A stretch of DNA of 18,516 nucleotides from Syncephalis fuscata S228 (taxonomy: Eukaryota > Fungi > Zoopagomycota), in assembly GCA_025786725.1 (NCBI GenBank). It is one part of the record JAHLTZ010000185.1 of this genome. One strand, given 5' to 3'. Of this stretch, positions 1 to 10,726 are shown in pieces (the first letter of the stretch is position 1; each line of letters starts with the position of its first letter). A model generated the notes under the pieces. That model ran no database searches and was not told where the DNA came from. It saw nothing but the letters and a program-made list of their open reading frames with translations. The position numbers were made by a program, and so were the translations under genes.

Positions 1-351
1 CGCTACTACTCGTGCCCCATTTAACTGTGGTCATGCATTAAGGCGGCAGCTGATCCATCAACGATGCTACAATGGAATGACCGAATCTATGCCCTTGGCC
101 AAGAAATAGCGGATAAAACTCGACTATCATCTATAATAGAATGATTATCATTCTTTGTTACAGAATATGCATAAAAATAGAAATACTGACGTATTCGTCA
201 TGGCAATAAGGTGCATTTGCATGTGAATAGAATAATAGAAGTATTAATAACTATGGCTATTATTAGTTAATAGATATATAAATAGAATCAAAAATAATAT
301 AAACTACAATTAATGCAATTATTATTATTAAATGTTTATGTAAAGGTAAAT

Positions 352-872
352 ATAAAAGTCATATAATTGATTTTATATCGTTTCATAGTTGTTATTGTTG
401 TTACTATGTACAGTGTGATTTCTTGCGTCTGAATGGTCTCTTCTATTTTTCAATCTTCTACTGTTGCATTTGGGGAGATTTGCAATGTGAGATACTCGTT
501 TATAGTGACAAAAAGGTAGGACGACTAGCGTTTCTAATGTTCACTACTCTCTTGAGCATCCTTGGTATCAACTTGGTAGGCGCAGGTTATTTGCCAATCA
601 TTGATAAAGCAAATCGGCCTCCACCATATGCAATAATAATAGGTTGAGTGTCTTTATTAGAAAGATATTGTGGTGACAGTTGTAACCAGAATATACGGCA
701 TGCCGTTGAGGTTACTTGAACAGATGTTGATGTAAATAAGAGAAATAAATACTAGTAATTGAATCATGTTATTTATATTGTTATATTCAGCATTATCACA
801 TAATATATTACTGAGTAAAAAGATAAGATAGCAATAGGAAAAGAAAGTGAAATGAATAAATAAAAAATGTGG
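352..872. repeat. Direct repeat copy A (~520 bp; copy B at 7512-8058)
   Basis: Sequence from ataaaagtcatataattgatttt to gaataaataaaaaatgtgg recurs at offset +7160, and at +7187 after a 27-nt insertion in copy B. Scattered substitutions distinguish the copies. Confidence 0.95.
404..745 (-). pseudogene. Decayed TnpB/Fanzor-like RuvC nuclease fragment (copy A)
   Basis: Minus strand, allowing one stop and two 1-nt frameshifts, reads ...YLSNKDTQPIIIAYGGGRFALSMIGK*PAPTKLIPRMLKRVVNIRNASRPTF/VTINEYLTLQI/PKCNSRRLKNRRD. This resembles the G-F-x-M-x-G...P...DE-Y-x-T-S-Q-x-C-x-x-C region of Fanzor/TnpB proteins. The downstream RD-x-N-A-A motif is absent. Recognised by motif memory only. Confidence 0.55.
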
Positions 873-1948
873 AGTCAAGGTAAAAATGACATGACCATAT
901 AAATATTACACACTCAATCCAATGTTTTGTTTTATTTTAATATATAGCTATACAACTTTTATTAATGATCAATAAATGAAATTAATCTGTCTTTCTATTA
1001 TTGCAATAATGTATAAGATTAGCTGCTTATTTTAATAAGTAATTAGATTAAGCCTTATAATAGTTGTTTTAGTTGGTGGTCGTGTACATGTAAGTATTTA
1101 AGAAGTTACAATGTGATTGGGAATATTTATCCATACAAACAACTAGAATTATAAATTATAGTGACAATAACAAGTTATTTAACTACTAAACTTGTTAATT
1201 CAATTTTATTTACATCTCTCTGTTTTCTGTGCGTTATCTCAGTTTAACGTTGCTGCTGTTCTAGTCGCATCAGCAACAGCCAACTTTTGATAAGTATAGT
1301 TCAACTTAGCATAACTATAATGGTTTGCTATATGTTAAACCAGTAAGCCTGTGAGCTTTCAATTGCTTTCCATTGGTTTCTGCTCTGACTTGTTCTTCTA
1401 TATTCTATTTTGTTTGACTTGTCAGAAGTGGTTTTAAAAATGTGGACAGCACTTAGGCCTTGGATGATTACCGGTTTATATGCAATCCATAGCCATTATG
1501 CGCTCAAAATTGCTAATATTTGGGTAGAAATTTCCATTGTGTCTAGTCTAGTGTCTGCATATGGTATTGCGTGTAGTTTAGCCGATGTAGTTTAGTTTGC
1601 AACTGAAAACTGATAAAAATGACTTGTTGGAATGTTCCGCTGTTCAAAATACTGTGATGCATCATGCTACAAATAGTACTTATTGTATAGTCGGTTTCAG
1701 GTGGCTTGAATTAGTTTCCATCTGAATGATAGCAGTTGCACATATGTCATGATATGCCTGGATGTGATGCATTTGTGAATTCAAAACAATGATTACCCCT
1801 GTAACAACGGGCATAGTGACGAATAAAATGCATGCATGTACCAATCAGCACACTTTATAATTTAAGGAGTTATAACTGATTTATGCATGGCAGTAAGACC
1901 TGTATAAAAATACCAGTTTAATATATTAGACTTGTTTTTGCATCAGTG

Positions 1949-2424
1949 TTGTATGCTATTTTGTATGCATGCAGATATTGAGGACCGAATTGGTAGAAAT
2001 GGCAGCGAAGACATCATTATTGTTTTACAAAACCAAACAATATACTTGTTTCCACCGATTAGTTAAACTGTGTAACAAAAATACAAGATGGTGTACATGT
2101 CTCTATTGCATATGTACTGGATTATGAACATTATTACATCATTCGTGCGAATAACTGACAGATTGAAGTAAAGATTAAACAGGTTGTGCGTTATTTTGTA
2201 TGGATGCGGATATTGGGGAGCGAGTCATTCAGTAGAAGCAACAGGAGACATTATTACCGTTTTTACAAAGCTAAAACAATATACTTGTTTTCACCAAATA
2301 GTTAGATCGTTTAATAAAAAATACAAGATAATGTACATGTCTCTATCGCATATGTGCTGTTCATTGGAATTGCCGCGTCATTTGTGTAAATGCCGAGCAG
2401 GTTGAAACCAAGATTGGGCATGTT
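1949..2424. repeat. Diverged tandem duplication (2 x ~235-240 bp) upstream of the micro-exon gene
   Basis: 1949 gttgtatgctattttgtatgcatgcagatattg...caatatacttgtttccacc...aaatacaagatggtgtacatgtctctattgcatatgt aligns with 2183 gttgtgcgttattttgtatggatgcggatattg...caatatacttgttttcacc...aaatacaagataatgtacatgtctctatcgcatatgt. A 21-bp tandem repeat (gttgaaaccaagaYtggg) follows at 2401-2439. Confidence 0.85.
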
Positions 2425-2577
2425 GAAACCAAGACTGGGAAGCATGCTGTCACGCCATGAATCTACTGGTACACGCGCACCTCAAAGTATTATTTGGATT
2501 GCTTTATTGGTTCATATTACACATCAATGGTATATCTCGTATACTGCAGCATACTAGCATCTCAGCATAGCCATAAG

Positions 2578-2585
2578 TATAAATA
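2578..2585 (+). promoter_or_regulatory. Putative TATA box of the micro-exon gene
   Basis: TATAAATA lies 145 nt upstream of the ATG at 2723. It is followed by a C/A/T-rich, ATG-free leader and the start context tcaccATG. Confidence 0.55.
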
Positions 2586-2722
2586 GCCCACAAAATATAC
2601 ACAACCAACTGCGACATCATTATCACACTCTACTTTCTGCTAAACACACACTACTCTCCACTTTACACCAACCACACTCTATTATCTCTCTTATTTGTTT
2701 GTCTTAACAAATCAATATCACC

Positions 2723-5700
2723 ATGAAGCTTTCTATTGCCGTCGTTTGCACCATTGTCGTTGCGCTTGTGGCCGTTACAACCATGGTGGATGCTAAACCA
2801 GCCTTAGTTCGTCGTGGTGGTATGTTGCAATAACATAAATATTCCATAGTTTTATATTTACTAACGGTATTTCTAAATAATAATTACAATAGATCGTAAG
2901 TTATATTGTATATTAGCTAATTACTTACTGATTATATACCATGTACTGTTTGCATCAACAACTAAATATCAATAGCTGGTAGGTTGCGTTACATATTAAT
3001 AGAACATATACTAATTATGTGCTATATACTGTATCTATCAACAACTTAATATTAGCTCAATGTAAGTTGTATTGTATATTAATTTATTACTCACTAATTG
3101 CATGTTATGCGCCATGTGTACCAACAACGTAATACTAATAGGCGGTAAGTAATATTGTATATTGATGGCTTATAAATTAATTATATACCATGTATTGTGT
3201 ATATCAACAATTTAATATTAATAGCTGGTAAGTCGTACTGTATATTATTTTATTTTATTTTGAAGAGCTTGTGAGCCCCCGCTGCGCATAATTAAAGAAT
3301 TTGCGCTGCTTCCCACTATATTTGGACTTTTCCAAACTTTTAACGGGTGGACTGCCACGTTTTTGCGCAAAATCCGGTCCATATAGATTTTACACGGGGG
3401 CCATCTTCCTTTAAATGGTGCTACACAGCACTATTCTCTTGAAGTTGGTCCCAATTGGGTTTTCCTCGGCTATTCTGGCCAAGGTCTTGTTTCCGGACCT
3501 ACTTATTGGGTTCTGGTTTGCAATTTGTTAACTAGAGAAAACTGGGGGGGGGATTTTCCACTTAAGGATTGGTTCAAACTGAGGTTTGAACCCGGAGCCT
3601 TCAGCTCGGGAGACGCTGCCTTACCAACTGGGCTAGCAACGTCCCCTGTCGTACTGTATATTAACTTACTATGCGCTAATTGTATACCATGCACCGTGTA
3701 TATCAATAACAATATTAATAGCATGTAAGTTGTATTGTATATTAGTTGAGCATTATTTAACTGTATATTGTGTATTATATGTATCAATAACTTGATAATA
3801 ATAGGCGGTAAGTAGCAATATATATTGCTGACTTATAAATTAATTGTGTGTCATGCACTGTGCGTATCAATAATTTGATGGAATAGTTGGCAAGTAACAT
3901 ACATATTCACTGATTATACACTAATTATATCCATGTATTGCGTGTTTCAATAACTTAATATTAATAGAAAGTAAGTTGTATCGTATATTAGCTAATTACT
4001 TACTAATTATATCCATGTATTGCGTGCATCAACAAATATTAATAGACTGTAAGTAGCATTGTATATTGGTTAACTATGCATTAACTATGCTATTTACTGA
4101 TTGTATCGATTATTTAATATTAATAGGCAGTAAGTGGTATTTTATATTAACTGCCTATATATTAACTGCTATTTATTGATTGTACCAATTGTTTAATATT
4201 AATAGAGAGTAAGCAATATTGTATATTAACTGACTATGTATTAACTGCTATTTACTAATTGTACCAATTGTTTAATATTAATAGGAAGTAAGTTGTACTG
4301 TGTATTAACTGACTATATATTAACTTCTATTTACTAATTGTACCGAATATTTAATATTAATAGGAAGTAAGTTGTACCATGTATTAACTGACTATATATT
4401 AACTGCTATTTACTAATTGTACCAATTATTTAATATCAATAGCTGGTAAGTAGTATTATATAACAATGAACTATAAATTAATCACATTTTATTGATTGAT
4501 TGACCGATTATTCGATACTAATAGGCTGTAAGTAGTATTATATATTAATTAACCATGCATTAACTAAGCTATTTATTGATAATTTAATTATTTAATATTA
4601 ATAGTGGGTAAGTATTATTGTATTTTAATTAACTATACATTAACTATACTAATTACTAATAATATTAACTATTTAATATTAATAGATTGTAAGTGATATT
4701 ATATATTAATTGATTATTTACCAATCGTATATGCTGTACTATGTGTGTCAACAACTCAATATAATAGGGGGTAAGTGATATTGTATATTAATTATGTTAT
4801 TTACTAATTGTACTGATTATTTGATACTAATAGGCAGTAAGTGGTATTATATATTAACTAACTATACATTAACTATGTTATTTACTGATTACACCAATTA
4901 TTTAATATTAATAGAATGTAAGTGATATTGTATATTAACTGACTATACATTAACTCTGATATTAACTGATTATACCGATTATTTATATTAATAGGTCGTA
5001 AGTGGTATTGTGTATTAATTAACTATAGATTAACTGATATTTACTGGTTGTACCAAATATTTAATATTAATAGGAAGTAAGTTATATTGCGTACTAGCTA
5101 ACTATATATTAACTGCTATTTACTACTTGTACCAATTATTTAATATCAATAGATGGTAAGTGGTATTGTGTAGTAACTAACTATACATTAACTATTATAT
5201 TTACTAATTGTGCCAACTATTTAATATTAATAGGCAGTAAGTAGCACTGTATATTGACTAATTACTCACTAATCACATGCTATTTACTGATTGTACCAAT
5301 TATTTAATATTAATAGGCTGTAAGTAGTATTGTATATTAACTGCCTATATATTAACTGCTATTTATTGACTGTATCGATTATTTAATATCAATAGGCAGT
5401 AAGTGGTATTGTGTAGTAACTAACTATACATTAACTATTATATTTACTGATTGTGCCAATTATTTAATATTAATAGGAAGTAAGTTGTACTGTGTATTAA
5501 CTGATTATATATTAACTTCTATTTACTGATTGTATCAATTGTTTAATATTAATAGCAAGTAAGTTGTACCATGTATTAACTGACTATATATTAACTGCTA
5601 TTTACTGATTGTACCAATTGTTTAATATTAATAGTTTGTAAGTAATATTCTATATTAATTGACTATAAACTAATTACATGTTATTCACTATATATATATA

Positions 5701-5803
5701 TATCAACAATTTAATAATAATAGGCGGTAAGTAACATTATATATTGACTGACTATGCATTAATTATATGGCATATAATATCTTTATTCGTAAATACAGCA
5801 TAA
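2723..5803 (+). CDS. Secreted 6-Cys prepropeptide (65 aa) encoded by 33 exons, 31 of them micro-exons
   Basis: Exon 1 is 2723-2819 (MKLSIAVVCTIVVALVAVTTMVDAKPALVRRG + G). Micro-exons (start:sequence): 2893 ATC, 2976 CTG, 3056 CTCAAT, 3142 GCG, 3225 CTG, 3722 CAT, 3805 GCG, 3887 TTG, 3968 AAA, 4046 ACT, 4127 GCA, 4206 AGA, 4285 GAA, 4364 GAA, 4443 CTG, 4525 GCT, 4605 TGG, 4686 ATT, 4768 GGG, 4834 GCA, 4915 AAT, 4995 GTC, 5074 GAA, 5153 ATG, 5234 GCA, 5317 GCT, 5396 GCA, 5477 GAA, 5556 CAA, 5635 TTT, 5724 GCG. The last exon is 5799 CA-TAA. Each micro-exon is flanked by TAG and GTAAG (GTAGG once, GCAAG once). The joined CDS is 198 nt with no internal stop: ...RRGDPAQCAACVENCKRRTGLDWGKCRNGSCRTICA*. 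Confidence 0.9.
2896..5726 (+). repeat. Tandem array of ~79-83 bp intron + micro-exon units
   Basis: The unit consensus is GTAAGT-nntattgtatattaactgactata...(tactRat)...ttTAATATTAATAG-NNN. Introns are mostly 75-80 nt (range 63-86; intron 6 is 494 nt with the SINE and 78 nt without it). Confidence 0.95.
3248..3647 (-). mobile_element. tRNA-derived SINE (400 bp) inserted antisense in intron 6
   Basis: A perfect 16-bp TSD, gtcgtactgtatatta, lies at 3232-3247 and 3648-3663. The minus-strand 5' head AGGGGACGTTGC-TAGCCCAGTTGG (A box, 3635-3624) leads to GGTTCAAACC (B box, 3592-3583). The 3' tail is ...CTTC-AAAATAAAATAAAA. The insert is GC-richer than its flanks, and removing it plus one TSD restores a 78-nt array-type intron. 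Confidence 0.9.
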
Positions 5804-6034
5804 TCGATGGTTTCAAGACATCAGCATTGGTGGTGCAATCAAGCCACTATTCCAATACACTTTAGGTATATATTCGGTAAAAAGCAAGACCATTTGACAA
5901 CTACGCCGTCCGGTCTATTTATATATCAAGTTTTGGCCAATGCTCCGATTCATTTAGTCTTTAATCAATGAGATCATTATTTTATCAACAAGCTTGCATC
6001 TAGTTGTTTCTATTCAACTGTGCAAGCTTATAGT

Positions 6035-6040
6035 AATAAA
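6035..6040 (+). promoter_or_regulatory. Candidate polyadenylation signal of the micro-exon gene
   Basis: First AATAAA downstream of the stop at 5803. This is weak evidence in AT-rich DNA. Confidence 0.3.
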
Positions 6041-7511
6041 CCTATGGTTCCATCTTAATTATATACAATCAAATTGCTATATCTATAATCACGTTCTATT
6101 TACATTCAATAATTGACAACTATTAATCAAATAGTTAAATTAACAAAATGTATATGATCATATCACCTAAGCTATAGGCATAGATTGATATGAATAGTAG
6201 CAAAGCTATCATTATCATATAGCCAAATAATATTATGCTGAAATTAAAATAAAGACGTTTTTTTAATAGAACATGGCAATAAAGCATAGGATATTATAAT
6301 ATAAAATAAATAAGCGAATTAGATACGTGAATAGTGATAGTGAAACTATACTGTATGCAATTGGCCAAGAGTAATGAACTAAATGAATCAAAATACACTA
6401 AAAGAATACAGTTAGCAATGAGCTTTTAGCCTTTGTTAGTATAATTTTTACAATTTACAATATTAATGGTATAGATGGTCATATAGTACAAATATACAGG
6501 ATAGCTATGCACAGTACAATAATAATGATAAATAAATAGCTTAATAACCAATGACACTCAACAGCCAGTTTTATCTTCAATAAAGCGAATATTTCGTTTA
6601 AATGTGTGGCTATTATAGCTATTTAACTGCCAAGTCACATTAAACAACCAATAGTGTGCTTAATATTATCAAAAAAGTTATCTTTATTTAGTTAATAAAA
6701 ATATTATAAGATTTAATACAAGTCAAGTGGATTAAATGATCCGTCACAGCACCCTTTTAAGCTTCTTTTGCCATGTTCCACAACTTTTTTAAATTGGAAC
6801 ATTGGAGCGACTACTGCGACATTTAAAAGTAGATGTTACGAGTAGATTGTTATAGTTTATCAATGACAAATGCCATGTTGACGGTTTTATTTTGCATATC
6901 TTTACTCTTGCTTGATAACCAACTAATTAGCTTGAGTTGATCAAAGCAATAATACTTTTATGCAACTCGAAATTGTTTAATTGCTAAATCTGATATCTGA
7001 AATGCTCTAAATAAGCCAATCTAATCTTATTTGTTGGTTAAATTTTTTGCTTGCATTAAAATTTATTTATTTATTTTAATGTTTGTTTCATTAGTTGTTT
7101 GTTTTTATTTTTCAATAAAGACATTTATTTTAACATTAACTACTATTCCAACATTATTATTCTAATTTTTACAGAGCATGTTGTTTATTGTATTTTTTGA
7201 GTTGCATTTGCTACAATTAACTAAACTATGTAAATAAACAAAGTTTTAAATTAAAATTCGTTGCATTTATTGTAATTAGCTTTTTCAAAATTTCTCTATT
7301 TTACTTTGACGCTCATATTTTGAGCCCTTAAAGCAAAACTCATTCCAATTGAAGTCGCACTGCTATACATAACAATTATATTGTTTTTTATTAAAATATT
7401 GTTAATAAATTGATTTAAATAAGCAATACAATATAGTATTTGATTTTACTGAATATTTGAGGCCGATTATTATTGTTGTTGGCTATGTGTAGAAAAATTG
7501 ATTGGATATTA

Positions 7512-8058
7512 ATAAAAGTCATATAATTGATTTTATATCGTTTCATAGTTGTTATTGTTGTTACTATGTACAGTGTGGTTTATTGCGTTTAAATGGTTTC
7601 TTCTATTTTCCAAGCTTCTACTGTCGCATTTGGGGAAATTTGCAATGTGAGATACTCGTCTATGGTGACAAAAAGGTAAAAAGACTAGCGTTTCTAATGT
7701 TCGCTACTCTCTTGAACATCCTTGGTATCAACTTGATAGACACAGATTATTTGCCAATCATTGATGAAGCAAATCGACCTCCACCATATGCAATAATGAT
7801 AGGTTGAGTGTTTTCACTAGAAAGATATTGTGGTGACAGTTGTAACCAGAATATACGGCATGCCGTTGAGGTTACTTGAACAGATGTTGATGTAAATAAG
7901 AGAAATAAAGACTAGGGATTGAATCATGTTTTTTATTGCTGTTCAAATACACATGTTATTTATATTGTTATATTCAGCATTATCACATAATATATTACTG
8001 AACAAAAAGATAAGATAACAATAGAAAAAGAAAGTGAAATGAATAAATAAAAATGTGG
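7512..8058. repeat. Direct repeat copy B
   Basis: Aligns to 352-872. It carries an extra 27 nt at 7931-7957 that duplicates the flanking catgtt. Confidence 0.95.
7564..7905 (-). pseudogene. Decayed TnpB/Fanzor-like RuvC nuclease fragment (copy B)
   Basis: Minus strand reads ...YLSSENTQPIIIAYGGGRFASSMIGK*SVSIKLIPRMFKRVANIRNASLFTF/VTIDEYLTLQI/PKCDSRSLENRRNH. DEYLT is at 7660-7646 and PKC at 7634-7626. The stop and frameshifts are shared with copy A. Confidence 0.55.
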
Positions 8059-8723
8059 GAATTAAAGTGCAATAGCTTCTTAGTGTTAAATAATTTATTA
8101 GTAGACCCATATGATTCAGTGTCAAAAGACTAAAATTGACATATTTAATTGAACTACGCATTTGTTATTCTACTAAACATGGAACTAGGTGGTGAGTTAT
8201 ATTAAATATCAAAATTATAATGCTTTGAGTACTTCAAAGCAATAATATAAATTAACATTTATTTATACTATTATTTATCTATTTATTATATTTTATTGCT
8301 AGTAACATGAAGTAATATTTAAAACTTACTTCGATATTGAAAATAGTACGGAGTTGGCATAGCGCCACTTCAACAAATAATAATTTTAATATCAAAAACT
8401 GATTGATGATCTATTGTTTAATTTATTGATCTTCTTTATCCCTCAGTTTGAGGCTAAGTGGCATAAAGTAAAATAGCTTTTGGAAGATAAAAAGGGCAAA
8501 ATATGAATATCGTCATTATTGGTAATGGGTGGGAGTCTGAGTTGTCGGATTACGATGAAATTAACCGAATAGATGATACGATCAGTAATGATAGTAATAG
8601 TAATAATAGTTAGTAATAGTGATATAATGATAATATGTAGTGGTACAATTTGACTTTTGTCACCGACCAGCGCTTCTCTTTTTCTTTTGCGGCTTTCCTT
8701 GGTTCTTTCTTTTTGATATAATT

Positions 8724-10470
<1,747 letters not shown>

Positions 10471-10726
10471 TTAATCTCCTGCTTATGTGCGTGTATGCGT
10501 CACTAGAATGCTTATCTGACAATGGCTACACACTTGTCAACATCAATAAACACGTAATGATCGCTGTTATACCTAAATAAGATGGTGTAATTTACTAATG
10601 AATGAGAAAGAAAAGAAAAAATGTAATATCAACATTATAACAATTGTAATAATTCAAAGCATATATATTTTCTATGAAAAAGACTGAAAATAACAAAAAT
10701 AAAAGACAGTTACGCAAATAATGGTC

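Noticed and set aside
1-210. Possible 3' end of an upstream gene (LWSCIKAAADPSTMLQWNDRIYALGQEIADK...)
   Set aside because: Slightly coding-like, but truncated by the window edge, preceded by an in-frame stop, and with no recognisable motif.
423-878. ORFs 423-647, 657-878 and their copies 7502-7807, 7943-8161 as real small proteins
   Set aside because: Non-ATG starts and inconsistent ends between the two copies. Better explained as shadow frames of the duplicated nuclease relic.
1200-1800. Possible decayed coding sequence and ORF 1410-1595
   Set aside because: Multiple stops in the frames I read and no recognisable motif.
2993-3002. Extra acceptor-like atattaatag inside intron 3
   Set aside because: It is only 24 nt from the donor, too short for an intron, and is not followed by NNN-GT.
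3570-3647. Genuine tRNA gene
   Set aside because: It has A and B boxes, but I could not fold a full cloverleaf, and it forms the head of a 400-bp TSD-flanked tailed element.
3503-3787. ORF-track ORFs 3503-3787 (-) and 3525-3728 (+)
   Set aside because: Chance frames spanning the SINE head and adjacent introns.
2896-5726. CRISPR array or plain satellite DNA
   Set aside because: The context is eukaryotic with no cas genes, the variable parts are only 3 nt, and the repeats carry donor, branch and acceptor signals. The triplets assemble into a meaningful ORF.
5947-6389. 12-bp inverted repeat gattcatttagt / actaaatgaatc as MITE ends
   Set aside because: Short, AT-rich, no TSD seen, and compatible with chance.
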